IMG/VR virus record: IMGVR_UViG_3300045988_118731
Span: 1-64,000 of that record
From: a virus
Strand: one strand, 5' to 3'
Length of the DNA stretch: 64,000 bases
Below are positions 9,189 to 19,457 of the stretch, piece by piece (position 1 is the first letter of the stretch; every line of letters begins with the position of its first letter). Position numbers and translations under genes: made by a program. The notes under the pieces were generated by a model. It did no database searches and was not told the origin of the DNA. It saw only the letters and a list, made by a program, of their open reading frames with translations.

Positions 9189-9461
9189 ATGAACAATTCA
9201 ATGGTCGCTCACTTGTGGGCTCATGAACAAGAAGAATCAGCATCAGGGAGCAATTTCTTCTTTGAAGGTACAAGTATTTATTCTTATGGGCATCACTTTG
9301 AAGTCGGGAGAATAGTAAAAAACAAACAAGGGAAGAAAGCATACCTGATAAATGAAGATTATTATTCTGTTACCACGAGCAAACATCAATGCTATGTTCG
9401 TAATGCGATACCAACTTGGGCAATGGTTTTACCTTATCAAAAGAATCCGTTGATAAAATAA
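9189..9461 (+). CDS. hypothetical protein
   Basis: ORF. Confidence 0.45.
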   Translation: MNNSMVAHLWAHEQEESASGSNFFFEGTSIYSYGHHFEVGRIVKNKQGKKAYLINEDYYSVTTSKHQCYVRNAIPTWAMVLPYQKNPLIK

Positions 9462-9500
9462 CGGAGTTTGTAGACACCATATTAAAATCATAGAGAAATT

Positions 9501-9755
9501 ATGAACGAAGTAATTTTAAGCAACATGTTAGGATGTCAGACATATTGTATATCAGACAGTCCTTCGAATAGATACTGTTTTATTGGGCCTATTGAATGTA
9601 ACGGGAAGTTAATAGAAGAGTTTAGGAAGGGAATAATAGTAAAATTGAAACATGTGGAAAAGAGGGTTCTGGATACATTCAAAGAAAATGGGGTTGATCT
9701 GGATAACTATACCCACTGTGTTATAGTAAAGCGGAATTTTTATCTCGCTTGGTGA
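9501..9755 (+). CDS. hypothetical protein
   Basis: ORF. Confidence 0.45.
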   Translation: MNEVILSNMLGCQTYCISDSPSNRYCFIGPIECNGKLIEEFRKGIIVKLKHVEKRVLDTFKENGVDLDNYTHCVIVKRNFYLAW

Positions 9756-9773
9756 CAGTAAAATACAAACAAT

Positions 9774-10451
9774 ATGAACAATTTTATAATAGATACTCCA
9801 GATAATTTCTGGCAAATAAGATGGCTTGACAAATATATGGAAGGTCACAAGGGGTTCATAGCTGGTGGATGTTTTAAGAATATCCTTTCCGGAGAAAAAG
9901 TAAAAGATATTGATATTTTCTTTGAAAGCGACGACGATTTTCAGGAAGCTGTTGATTTGTTCAATGATGAAAAACATCAGAAAGAAGGATGGAAATTTAA
10001 GTACAGGAATGAGAAGGTATGCGCATTCCAGAAAGAGGGAGAAAAGGTATGGGTAGAGTTCATAGAGTCAGAGTTCGGAAAGCCAGAAGAGATTCTCAGG
10101 AGCTTCGACTTTACTGTGGCAAAAATGGCTTACTACAAGGAGCCTAAATACGAAGAAGAGGAATACGAAGAAGAGGAAGATGATTATTTTCCATTCTCAT
10201 CTGCAAGTATAGTAGCATACGAGTACAAACTACTCTACCATGAGAAATTCTTCGAACATCTTCATATGAAGAGACTGGTCATTGATGAAAATATTCCTTT
10301 TCCAGTAAGCACATGGGAACGCTCATATCGGTATAAAGGATATGGTTACAATATGTGCCGGGAGACAAAGAAAAAACTTCTACAGGCTCTTAAAGGTGTA
10401 AATGTAGAGGAGGAAGATGTATCTTTGTATGCTACTGGAGGATGGGATTAA
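9774..10451 (+). CDS. hypothetical protein with acidic YEEEEYEEEEDDYF stretch
   Basis: ORF. Confidence 0.5.
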   Translation: MNNFIIDTPDNFWQIRWLDKYMEGHKGFIAGGCFKNILSGEKVKDIDIFFESDDDFQEAVDLFNDEKHQKEGWKFKYRNEKVCAFQKEGEKVWVEFIESEFGKPEEILRSFDFTVAKMAYYKEPKYEEEEYEEEEDDYFPFSSASIVAYEYKLLYHEKFFEHLHMKRLVIDENIPFPVSTWERSYRYKGYGYNMCRETKKKLLQALKGVNVEEEDVSLYATGGWD

Positions 10452-10909
10452 CCTATAAAACAAAATTGCTTATGAAAACATTAGAACAACTTAAAGAATT
10501 AACATCAAAATGTTTAGACGGTAGAGATTTTAACAGACTGGCTAAATTTGTTCCATATAGCATGATAAAGGATTTCGGTATGGAGCCGAATGAAGAATAT
10601 GACAACGAGGAAAAGTGGAACAGTACTGTAGTTGAATTTACCAGAGAAAATGTCCTGAAACAGCTTGAAGAAGACGTAAGATTCGGTTTTGAAAAGGCAT
10701 TAAATCAGAGAGGAATATCAGCCAGTTTGATGTTTGAATGTGTGATGATGTGGAACTACATTCTGGAAGAAGGTCTTGAAGGCTGGAGTGAGGATGATTA
10801 TGCATTTTATGGACTCCCTCTATTTAAAGCTACGGCTGTAAAATATGGATGGGACAATCCGATAGGGGAAGACAGCGGGAGAGAAAGAAAATATGATTCA
10901 CAATGTTAA
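10442..10909 (+). CDS. hypothetical protein
   Basis: ORF. Confidence 0.5.
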   Translation: MGLTYKTKLLMKTLEQLKELTSKCLDGRDFNRLAKFVPYSMIKDFGMEPNEEYDNEEKWNSTVVEFTRENVLKQLEEDVRFGFEKALNQRGISASLMFECVMMWNYILEEGLEGWSEDDYAFYGLPLFKATAVKYGWDNPIGEDSGRERKYDSQC

Positions 10910-11775
10910 ATCGGTATATTATGAGCACAAGTAAAGAATACAAGGCAGTAAGGAACTATATATTAAATGAACTTCACCTTACCAAAGAAGATATAATCAA
11001 AAACATAGAGCCATTATTGGAAAAACTCGTAAAACGGTGTATGCTTAATACATACGGAGGAAACAATCAGATAGAACATTGGATCAGATGTATGGTAACA
11101 GATGAGCTTAAACAAAGAGATCATAATTTTGTAAGAAGAGCGTGCGAGAGCGTCATCAGGGATCATGTATTAAATGAGTTGAATATAATCGTAAGATCCA
11201 AAAGTGAGAAATGTACATGTGAAAACAGAGTACCATCCGAAGAGGATAAGAAAAAGTCAACTGATGGACTGTATATAATCTACAAAGATGGACATGTAGA
11301 GCCGTTTACCGGCGATAACTCCAAAGATTGTGTACGATACATTGGGTTGAAGCACAGATACATGTCATTTGCAATCTCACTGACGGAACATGATATCGTA
11401 CAATTGCTTGACGATGATAGCCGTGAAGAATCCGGAAGTGGGACATATTACGAACGTGAATGTGATGCGCTGTTTGACATTGACGGACGCGGCAATACGG
11501 AACGCCTTGTAGCCAGAAATCCAAAATTGAGAAATCTGCTGGAAGATGGCGAGTATATACCATCTCTTGGTCAATTAAATTTAATGGCCCATTATATGGA
11601 CGAACTAAACAAAGCATTCACTTATGTTTCGGCATCTCCCCTCTCCTCGACGTGGTATTGGTCCAGTACTGAGAGCAGCCAGGCCGTCGCGTGGTACGTG
11701 GTCTTCTCCAGTGGTCTCACGGGCACCGGCAACAAGCACATCGGAGACATGGTTCGGACGGTAATTGATTTTTAA
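10903..11775 (+). CDS. protein with C-terminal DUF1566 (Lcl C-terminal)-like domain
   Basis: C-terminus WYWSSTESSQAVAWYVVFSSGLTGTGNKHIGDMVRTV fits the DUF1566 signature as recalled. Confidence 0.5.
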   Translation: MLNRYIMSTSKEYKAVRNYILNELHLTKEDIIKNIEPLLEKLVKRCMLNTYGGNNQIEHWIRCMVTDELKQRDHNFVRRACESVIRDHVLNELNIIVRSKSEKCTCENRVPSEEDKKKSTDGLYIIYKDGHVEPFTGDNSKDCVRYIGLKHRYMSFAISLTEHDIVQLLDDDSREESGSGTYYERECDALFDIDGRGNTERLVARNPKLRNLLEDGEYIPSLGQLNLMAHYMDELNKAFTYVSASPLSSTWYWSSTESSQAVAWYVVFSSGLTGTGNKHIGDMVRTVIDF

Positions 11776-11786
11776 AAAGAATTACA

Positions 11787-12584
11787 ATGATAACATCGGT
11801 AAAAATAAAAGACAATACAAAAACTCCATTTGAATATGTTTCGGATATAGAAGCATTTGAAAATGGCAAGAAATTTATTTTCAAGCCAGGAGTGAATGTA
11901 ATTATAGGTAAAAACGGTAGCGGAAAATCAACCTTGCTTAACATCATATCAATGTATGCGTTATGCGAGAAATCCATGTGCTCTGAAATGCCGACCGAGG
12001 CACTGGATTTTCCACCTATATTTGATGACGATGATAAGGTTTTTGATGGGATTGACATATCATCCGATTATGCAGGGAAAGTATTCCGTTTATTGCCATC
12101 GGCGGAGATGAATCGAGATAGTATATTGAAAAACATCAGCAATTTAGATTTGTATGTGAATAATATTCGAAAATCTTATGGAGAGAAAGTGGTGTTATCA
12201 TTGGAATCGCTTTTCAATTTAATGTTCAGTCAGAAGGATTATACGTTTCCAATACAAGATCTTGTAGAATACAAGAAAAAATCAAATGCGTTTTGGATTA
12301 AAAGAATTGATAACCTGTTGAAGTATTATAAAAGAAACCGCATAGCATTAACAAAAAGCAGTTTTGAATACACGGTTCTCATGGATGAGCCAGACAGGAA
12401 TCTTGATATTGATAACATAATGCAAATTTATAATGTATTGTCATTCCATAAACCACAAACACAAATTATAGCCATAGTACACAATCCGGCATTGATTTAC
12501 AAGTTAAGCAAATTAGATTGTGTGAATTTCATAGAGATGACAGAAGGATATCTTAGTAAAACTTGTATATTTATGTCTAATTAA
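11787..12584 (+). CDS. small ABC-type (AAA_21/RecF-like) ATPase
   Basis: Walker A GKNGSGKST, signature-like SYGEKVVLSL, Walker B VLMDEPDRNLD, H-loop IVHN. Confidence 0.7.
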   Translation: MITSVKIKDNTKTPFEYVSDIEAFENGKKFIFKPGVNVIIGKNGSGKSTLLNIISMYALCEKSMCSEMPTEALDFPPIFDDDDKVFDGIDISSDYAGKVFRLLPSAEMNRDSILKNISNLDLYVNNIRKSYGEKVVLSLESLFNLMFSQKDYTFPIQDLVEYKKKSNAFWIKRIDNLLKYYKRNRIALTKSSFEYTVLMDEPDRNLDIDNIMQIYNVLSFHKPQTQIIAIVHNPALIYKLSKLDCVNFIEMTEGYLSKTCIFMSN

Positions 12585-12596
12585 ATATTTTCAACA

Positions 12597-12980
12597 ATGA
12601 GCTATTTTGTATTAATGGGGAGAAGAATCCCAAAGCAAGCCATAACAGGCTTCAGATTCCAAAATGAAACAGACAACATTCGTCCTTTCCTATCAATCAG
12701 GATAAGAGGGAAGGAGGAAATTATACCCTTTAAAGATAAAAGGGAAATACTGTCCGTGAAAGCGCATTTGTGTTCTGTCTTCTCCAAATTTGTGAAAATA
12801 GGTGACTGGTATCTCAAGATGTCGGAAGTTAAGGAGTATAAGCCGGTGACTGCCGAAGATATGAATCCTTACATCTTATTTAAAACATCTAAGTTCGGAA
12901 ACATAAAGGTTCGTTTCCAAAAAGATGAAGATATGAATGCAGAATTATTGGTATTGGATCAACTTTTTGATGTGGAATAA
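12597..12980 (+). CDS. hypothetical protein
   Basis: ORF immediately after ATPase gene. Confidence 0.45.
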   Translation: MSYFVLMGRRIPKQAITGFRFQNETDNIRPFLSIRIRGKEEIIPFKDKREILSVKAHLCSVFSKFVKIGDWYLKMSEVKEYKPVTAEDMNPYILFKTSKFGNIKVRFQKDEDMNAELLVLDQLFDVE

Positions 12981-13115
12981 ATTAGTAATCACCTTTTATA
13001 AATCAAGCTATGACTTGGAAAGAATTGAAAGACTTATTGGACAAAACGACTAACAATTAAACAGAACTGAGCCGGAATAGCTCAAATTACGAAAGAATTT
13101 AACAAAAGGAATAAT

Positions 13116-13415
13116 ATGGAAAGAGAAGATATTGAAAGAGCAGCAGACATATACGCAAATGAAAATCGTAATCGTGGAAATAATGTTAAACCATATTCTG
13201 TAGTGGATTTTATTTCTGGTGCAGAATGGAGCATCAGCAGCGCGTGGCATGATGCAAGCGAAACACCACAACACAGTGGAATGTTGATTGCTATTAAACA
13301 AGATGGAACTCCTATTGTCTGTGGGCCAAATAACTCTAATTGGAAAATAGCTGTTAGAATTTTCCATATCGTAAGATGGGCCTACATCGAAAATTTACTG
13401 CCTATTACATGTTGA
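13116..13415 (+). CDS. hypothetical protein
   Basis: ORF. Confidence 0.4.
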   Translation: MEREDIERAADIYANENRNRGNNVKPYSVVDFISGAEWSISSAWHDASETPQHSGMLIAIKQDGTPIVCGPNNSNWKIAVRIFHIVRWAYIENLLPITC

Positions 13416-13436
13416 ATAATATATTTTCACGAGATC

Positions 13437-13640
13437 ATGACCGACAGAGAACTTCTTGAAGAAAACAATAAGATGTTAAAGGAAATTCTAAGTTTTGTGA
13501 GAAAAGTTGATTCTGTTGAATACAGGGATCATCAAGACTTTATGGAATTTCTTAGAAATGTGGCAGCCGATATATGGGTGGAATATACGGAGCCTGAACA
13601 AAGAGGTAGATTGTTTAATTTAATAAATAAAAAGAAATGA
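13437..13640 (+). CDS. hypothetical protein
   Basis: ORF. Confidence 0.4.
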   Translation: MTDRELLEENNKMLKEILSFVRKVDSVEYRDHQDFMEFLRNVAADIWVEYTEPEQRGRLFNLINKKK

Positions 13641-14302
13641 AAACAGTTTTTGATTTAAGCAGAGATGAGATTGTGGCATTGACAGACGAAGAGATAAGTC
13701 TGTATATAGACAAAGAGCTTGTTGGTAAGGGTATTCCAATTGAAGCTAAAAATTGGAATATAAAGAACGAAAAAGAAGTCGTGTATCCAAGAACGGGAGT
13801 TCCAGTATTTATGTTAAAAGATGTCGGCATCGGTTTTAGAACCATAGAAGGTGCAACTGAGGTGGCTAATTTGCTTGTTAAATATAATGCATTTAAAATA
13901 GAATCAAGGTTTCTGACAGGATCGTATGAACAGTTTTGGATCATAAAAGAAAGTGTTTGCCCGGCTATTAAAGGGGAAGCGGGGTATAGCAAAGAAGAGT
14001 TTGATAAGGTAAACAAGGAAAACCAAGATCCAGAATTGGAAAGTATAAATTCCTTCAATAACACTTTGAAAAATGCCAATGAAATTAAAGACAGGGTGTT
14101 GAAATACGTGTACAACATAAAACAAGAGCGTTCATATAACAATGACCTGGTTGGTATCTTTGAAAGGTATAAAGATATAGCAGACGGTGATATGGAGGTA
14201 GCTATGAATTTTATTAAGGAGGCCTATCCATTCAATGAAGAAACAGAATCGTTTATCAGGAAAAAGTTTGACATGCCTATGCCGGACGAATCAAAAGAGT
14301 AG
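13637..14302 (+). CDS. hypothetical protein
   Basis: ORF. Confidence 0.5.
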   Translation: MKTVFDLSRDEIVALTDEEISLYIDKELVGKGIPIEAKNWNIKNEKEVVYPRTGVPVFMLKDVGIGFRTIEGATEVANLLVKYNAFKIESRFLTGSYEQFWIIKESVCPAIKGEAGYSKEEFDKVNKENQDPELESINSFNNTLKNANEIKDRVLKYVYNIKQERSYNNDLVGIFERYKDIADGDMEVAMNFIKEAYPFNEETESFIRKKFDMPMPDESKE

Positions 14303-14357
14303 TAATTAAGCTAAATTAAATCATTTTGAATCTTTTTTATTATCAAAAGACATATCT

Positions 14358-14633
14358 TTGTCCAAAAAAACAAACAAAATGGAAGAAAAAGAGATAAAAG
14401 AAGCTATGATTGAAGCCCTGACGCACTTAGAGGGGTGTAAGTATTTCGTAGCCACGATAGTAAATGAAGAGGAAAGAAGATTTGATATGAGCCTAAGAAT
14501 GTCACAGCATCAATTGGCGTTAATTATAAAAGGCATCTTATCTAATAATGAGATGATGATGATGGATGTTTTGCAGTGGTGTTCTGAAAGATTTAAAAAT
14601 AGTATAGAGAAAGGAAAGAAATCAACTAATTAA
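14358..14633 (+). CDS. hypothetical protein
   Basis: ORF. Confidence 0.45.
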   Translation: MSKKTNKMEEKEIKEAMIEALTHLEGCKYFVATIVNEEERRFDMSLRMSQHQLALIIKGILSNNEMMMMDVLQWCSERFKNSIEKGKKSTN

Positions 14634-14644
14634 ATATTAATACA

Positions 14645-15115
14645 ATGAATCGCTGGTTTGAAATTACGGTAAAAGCCGAGATTGATAATATCGAGAACGG
14701 CAAAAAAAAGAAAGTAACTGAAAAGTATTTGGTAGATGCCTTGTCTTATACAGAGGCAGAATCAAGATCTTTAGAGATTTTCAAGGATTTATTTCAAGTG
14801 TTCGACATTATTAAAATAAATCCTATTAAAGTGTCGGAAATCTTCTTCAACGGAGAAGCTGAGTACTGGTATAAGTGTAAGGTGAATTACATTACACTGG
14901 ATGAAAAGAAAGGTAAAGAAAAGAAAACGCCATGCTATATGTATGTCCAGGCCGGCAATCCGAAAGACGCTGAGGCTGTGTTAACTAAAGGTATGCAGGG
15001 CACGTTAGGAGACTGGAATTGCGAAGCTATTGCTGAAACGAAGATCATTGATGTATTCAAATACGATCTTCAGAAGGGAGCTGAAAAATTAGGCGAGAAG
15101 AAGAGTGAAGAGTAA
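14645..15115 (+). CDS. hypothetical protein
   Basis: ORF. Confidence 0.5.
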   Translation: MNRWFEITVKAEIDNIENGKKKKVTEKYLVDALSYTEAESRSLEIFKDLFQVFDIIKINPIKVSEIFFNGEAEYWYKCKVNYITLDEKKGKEKKTPCYMYVQAGNPKDAEAVLTKGMQGTLGDWNCEAIAETKIIDVFKYDLQKGAEKLGEKKSEE

Positions 15116-15344
15116 GGCTGATGTAGTTTCCAACATAGCGCTTGTTGTGGCGATAATATCATTGCTTTCAGCAGGCGCTTTCCTTCTGATAGTGATTAAG
15201 ACAGACGAGGTATCTAAATTATTAATGAACGTACCTTATCTACTGGCTTCAGCGGGATTGTTCTTTTCAATAATATCATTATTATTCGAATGGAAAGCAA
15301 GGAAAAGAAGCTATACGTCTGCGAACGATGCGGACGAAAAGTGA
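15105..15344 (+). CDS. small membrane protein (two hydrophobic helices)
   Basis: ORF; hydrophobic segments IALVVAIISLLSAGAFLLIVI and LLASAGLFFSIISLLF. Confidence 0.4.
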   Translation: MKSKADVVSNIALVVAIISLLSAGAFLLIVIKTDEVSKLLMNVPYLLASAGLFFSIISLLFEWKARKRSYTSANDADEK

Positions 15345-15814
15345 TGATAAGAAGTCATGGCTTATGCCAGGCTTGTAGGAGCAAAGAGTTGACTCCGAAG
15401 AAAAAAAACAGAATTACATCCATTAAAAACAGCAGCAAGAAGAAAAAGTTAGAGAACCCGGATTTATCTGGGTTTTTTCGTCTTATGTTGGAGGAGTTGG
15501 GTAGCATTCGAATGTCTATGACTGGTAAGGCTATTCATTTTCCTACAGTATGTAACGTCTGTCACATACTTCCAAAAAGGATATATAAGTCGGTTGCCAC
15601 TTGCAGAGATAATATAGTTTTTCTACATGAATCGGAGCATACGGTATTCGACATGTATCTTGACCGGATGGAATTTGATAAACTTGAAACAGAATTTCCT
15701 TTTGTATGGAAGTATGCGGTAAAGAAGGTGCTGGATATGGAAAGCAGGGGGATGATTAAAGAAAGAGGTAGATTAATTATTGAAATAATTGACAGATATG
15801 AGAAAGCTTTATAA
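15290..15814 (+). CDS. zinc-ribbon protein, possible HNH/His-Me-finger-like nuclease
   Basis: CERCGRK...CQACR and CNVCHILPK...CRDN...HESEH; nuclease assignment is speculative. Confidence 0.45.
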   Translation: MESKEKKLYVCERCGRKVMIRSHGLCQACRSKELTPKKKNRITSIKNSSKKKKLENPDLSGFFRLMLEELGSIRMSMTGKAIHFPTVCNVCHILPKRIYKSVATCRDNIVFLHESEHTVFDMYLDRMEFDKLETEFPFVWKYAVKKVLDMESRGMIKERGRLIIEIIDRYEKAL

Positions 15815-15974
15815 AATAAGAATAGAAGCTGACAATGAAACTATCTTTTATGCTCACATACAAAGAGAGAGTTATGGCAAGGATATAGCTATCGCAGTGA
15901 AAGATAGAGATAAAGATGAAGTGGAAACAGTGTTACATTGTATTAAAGAAGAATTGATTAGAGGAAGATCATGA
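15789..15974 (+). CDS. hypothetical small protein
   Basis: ORF. Confidence 0.35.
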   Translation: MTDMRKLYKIRIEADNETIFYAHIQRESYGKDIAIAVKDRDKDEVETVLHCIKEELIRGRS

Positions 15975-17287
15975 AAGAGAAGATAAAAATATTGACAGAT
16001 TTAGGGTTTGCGCCTATGGTAGAAGGAGAAGGAAATACGTTGTTTAGAATGAACGATGTTGTGATGTCGGTGTCAGATCCTAACCAAACACCAGAGCAGT
16101 TGAAGAAGGAGGTTATGTCTTTAATAAAGAACAGAGACATAGCAGAAAAAGGTGGACAGGTTCCAGTAGTTGAAGAGCCGGCGCCTGAGCCAGAGCAGGC
16201 CCAGAAGGAGGAACCGGAAGCTCAGGCGGAGGAAGCCGCTCCTAACCCTGGAGAAGAAGATTCGAATCCGTTTATAGAAAATCAGGAAACATTAGAGCCA
16301 TTTTATATCTGCGATGAGTTGAAGAAGATTGAGACTCCTAAATTCGTAAGATTGACATTAGACGATAATCGTTTTTATGTAAGGAAGATGGATGATGGGA
16401 CGGCCAAGATATATGCTTCGGTAACAACTTTAATCAAAGATGGGTATGTAGATGATAAGACCGCACTTCAGGAATGGAAGCAAGAGATGAAGATGCTTGG
16501 TCGCAATCCGGAAGAGGTGGCACAGTATGAAGCTGATAAGGGAACGATCATGCACTATATGTACGGATTGTACCTAACAGGTAGAGATATAGTCTTAAAT
16601 CGAAGCTTTATCATCAAAACAGTACAAGAAGGCAAGCTGAAGATATCGAAAAAGAATCTTGACAAATTCTTTGGTAGCATAGATGATCTTGATGATATGA
16701 TTGTCAGAGTTATGAAGTTTGCTAAGTTTTGTTCGGAGTATAAGGTTAAGCCGATGATGATTGAAAGAATATTGTCATTAGAAGATTATTTGGTAGCTAC
16801 GCCGATAGATGCGATGGTTAAAATGACATTCAAATACAAAGAAGAAGGTTATTTTGGAGCCGTGTATCAAAGGGCTACAGGGCAGTTTAAAAAAGGCGAT
16901 CCGAAGAAGGAGGTAAGAGAAGTGGAGAAGGAAGAAGTGGTTATTCTCGACTTTAAATCAGGGGGAATATGGGAATCATACGCATTTCAATTAGAAGCTG
17001 AAAGAAGAATGGTTAAAGCATGGTATGGGATTGATGCACGTATTATGAACTTTTCTCCAAAAAGCACGAGCAGCAAAGGATATACGCTGAAAGAATGGAC
17101 AGAAGACAGTATAGCACTTGAAAAGGCGGATTGCGTGTTCCAACAAGGTATGTTGAATCACCTTAGAAAAGATAAGAAGTTTAAAGTGAGAAAAGGAGTG
17201 CTGAATATCAATAAACCATACAATGAAGAGGATCATACGGTTGTATATGATATTACAGAGGAAATGTCTAAAAGATTTATAATATGA
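15971..17287 (+). CDS. putative PD-(D/E)XK (RecB-family) nuclease with acidic/Pro-rich linker
   Basis: motifs PIDAMVKM and VVILDFKSGG resemble RecB nuclease motifs II/III. Confidence 0.5.
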   Translation: MKEKIKILTDLGFAPMVEGEGNTLFRMNDVVMSVSDPNQTPEQLKKEVMSLIKNRDIAEKGGQVPVVEEPAPEPEQAQKEEPEAQAEEAAPNPGEEDSNPFIENQETLEPFYICDELKKIETPKFVRLTLDDNRFYVRKMDDGTAKIYASVTTLIKDGYVDDKTALQEWKQEMKMLGRNPEEVAQYEADKGTIMHYMYGLYLTGRDIVLNRSFIIKTVQEGKLKISKKNLDKFFGSIDDLDDMIVRVMKFAKFCSEYKVKPMMIERILSLEDYLVATPIDAMVKMTFKYKEEGYFGAVYQRATGQFKKGDPKKEVREVEKEEVVILDFKSGGIWESYAFQLEAERRMVKAWYGIDARIMNFSPKSTSSKGYTLKEWTEDSIALEKADCVFQQGMLNHLRKDKKFKVRKGVLNINKPYNEEDHTVVYDITEEMSKRFII

Positions 17288-17517
17288 GCGATGTTATTAT
17301 TCCTGAAGGAGATTTTGTGGAAATTGTAAAACCGATACATATCAACCCTTTTGGTGATTGTTTTATTAACATCGAAAGGGGTTCAAAATTAAGATTATCG
17401 AAAGATTTGAGAATAGGAGATAAATATGCAATATGTGTACTTGCATCTCATAAGAAATATGGCAAGACCATCGAAATAATAATGCCTATATTGGTCAGAA
17501 ATACAAGAAGAGTATGA
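17284..17517 (+). CDS. hypothetical protein
   Basis: ORF. Confidence 0.4.
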   Translation: MSDVIIPEGDFVEIVKPIHINPFGDCFINIERGSKLRLSKDLRIGDKYAICVLASHKKYGKTIEIIMPILVRNTRRV

Positions 17518-17864
17518 AAAGAAAAATTAGAAGAACAGGAGAGATAATAGACGTAATCACTTTCAGTAGCTCAACTACAAGAAGCGACCATGACAGAATA
17601 CAGTTCTATGGTGATAATGGGAATGTGATAAGTGAGAGTTTAAATTTTTATCTCGATACCCTTCCTGTAAATGACGAAAACAAAGATGTAGACTGGGAGC
17701 AACGTAGATTCGATCTTATCAAGGCTTATTCTATTGAGTTTGTTAAAGCACAAAATAGAAAAGGTGAAATAGATTGCGGAGTATATGTACCAGATGTGGT
17801 GTCATGGTCTATAACTATAGCAGATAGAATCATAGAGGCGATGAGAGGAGTTAAAAATGCTTGA
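17514..17864 (+). CDS. hypothetical protein
   Basis: ORF. Confidence 0.45.
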   Translation: MKRKIRRTGEIIDVITFSSSTTRSDHDRIQFYGDNGNVISESLNFYLDTLPVNDENKDVDWEQRRFDLIKAYSIEFVKAQNRKGEIDCGVYVPDVVSWSITIADRIIEAMRGVKNA

Positions 17865-18870
17865 TTTTAGAAAATACGAAAACGTACCTCGGTTTCAACT
17901 TGACCGCAGGCCGGGCAGGAGCCGACTGAAGCTAACCTGCCCAGCTTGCGGGAAAAGCCGGTGCCTCACTCCTTATATTGATGTGGCAACAGGTCAGGTT
18001 GTTGGAAACGAGTTCGGAAGATGCGATCACGAACGGACTTGCGGTTACGATAAACGACCCACTGGTAAGGATGTAGGTGACAAAGATCTTTGGATTTCGG
18101 GAAATAAGTGTATAAGAGCTTATCGTCCTCCTATAAATCCTGACGTTGTAAATTACATACCTTTTAGCGAGTTTGAGAGGACTGTAGTCCCAGACGATAG
18201 AAACACCGTATTTAGATTTTTATCGTCTCTATGGGGAAAAGAAAGGGTATCTGATGTATTCAGAAGGTATCATGTCGGAACAATGGACTTATGGGGATGG
18301 AAAGGGTGTTGTATATTCTGGCAGATAGACAAAGATTTTGTATGCAGAACCGGCAAGATCATGGACTTTTGTATAAAGACCGACAGCCAGGGGAATGAGA
18401 TTGATGTAAAAAGAGTGAAGGAAAAAGACGGTGACAATGAGCGGCCTCATGTTATGTTTTATCACTCGTTGCATGCAAGAGATTTCTTGTTTAGACAATG
18501 CCTGTTCGGAGAGCATCTTCTAAGCCAGTATCCGGATAAGGTGGTTAATTTGGTGGAATCAGAAAAGACGGCTATTATATGTGCCGTAAATAAACCGGAT
18601 GAGTTATTTGTGGCTACCGGTGGGTTGCAGAATCTAAGGCCGGAAGTGATAGATGTTTTAAAAGATAGAAAGACTGTAGCCTTTCCGGACAAAGGACAAG
18701 CATTTGAGACATGGAGTAAAAAGATAGATGGGATGATGATGAAGTCAAGGATAAAAGTATCAGACTATCTTCAAAGTGTTGAAAATGTAGGAGACGGAGA
18801 TGATGTGGCAGATTTGATAATCAATAACAAGGTAAAAGAAAAATATTATGAGCCTGGACGTTTATATTAA
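17857..18870 (+). CDS. putative DNA primase (N-terminal zinc-binding motif + Toprim-like core)
   Basis: CPACGKS...CDHERTCGY; LVESEKTAII ... VAFPDKGQA Toprim-like acidic motifs; located near DnaB-like gene. Confidence 0.5.
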   Translation: MLDFRKYENVPRFQLDRRPGRSRLKLTCPACGKSRCLTPYIDVATGQVVGNEFGRCDHERTCGYDKRPTGKDVGDKDLWISGNKCIRAYRPPINPDVVNYIPFSEFERTVVPDDRNTVFRFLSSLWGKERVSDVFRRYHVGTMDLWGWKGCCIFWQIDKDFVCRTGKIMDFCIKTDSQGNEIDVKRVKEKDGDNERPHVMFYHSLHARDFLFRQCLFGEHLLSQYPDKVVNLVESEKTAIICAVNKPDELFVATGGLQNLRPEVIDVLKDRKTVAFPDKGQAFETWSKKIDGMMMKSRIKVSDYLQSVENVGDGDDVADLIINNKVKEKYYEPGRLY

Positions 18871-19198
18871 GAACAAGAAGAAAGAAGATCGTGAATGGGT
18901 TGCAAACATTACCCACAACATGAACAAGATGGCACAAAGAATATTCGTATCAGAAAATAAAGAAACGCTATACGATTATGTTTGGAGACCAGAAGAATTG
19001 GGTAGGGAAATAGATACCGATGAGATGAAGAATGTACTTACAAAAGGTATATGTATTATGATCTCTAAGAGAAAAAGTCTTTTGAGATACGAGCCGGAAA
19101 ACGGATGGGGGTCTTATGATTCATTTCTTAAGTTTCTTATCGAATACAAAGAGGCGTGTGAAGATAATCCAGGTTATATAATTGAAGCAAGCAGATAA
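18848..19198 (+). CDS. hypothetical protein
   Basis: ORF. Confidence 0.45.
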   Translation: MSLDVYIKNKKKEDREWVANITHNMNKMAQRIFVSENKETLYDYVWRPEELGREIDTDEMKNVLTKGICIMISKRKSLLRYEPENGWGSYDSFLKFLIEYKEACEDNPGYIIEASR

Positions 19199-19457
19199 TA
19201 TGGAAAATTACAAAAACACTTTAAACGAGGTAGTGGTGATCGAATCGTCACCAGAAACGTATTTTGTTTACGCTATTCGTAATGCTATTCGTATCTCTAA
19301 ATGCGCGTATCCGACAGCCAAGAAAGTAATTTTCAAAAGAGAGGACGTAGAGGTAGAGATCTCAGAAATGGAAACTGAAAGCAGTTTGTATGAAAAGTTT
19401 AAAGAAAAACAAAAGAATAGGGTATGGAACTTAATGAGCGCCAACAACGGATTTTAA
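19182..19457 (+). CDS. hypothetical protein
   Basis: ORF. Confidence 0.4.
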   Translation: MKQADNMENYKNTLNEVVVIESSPETYFVYAIRNAIRISKCAYPTAKKVIFKREDVEVEISEMETESSLYEKFKEKQKNRVWNLMSANNGF

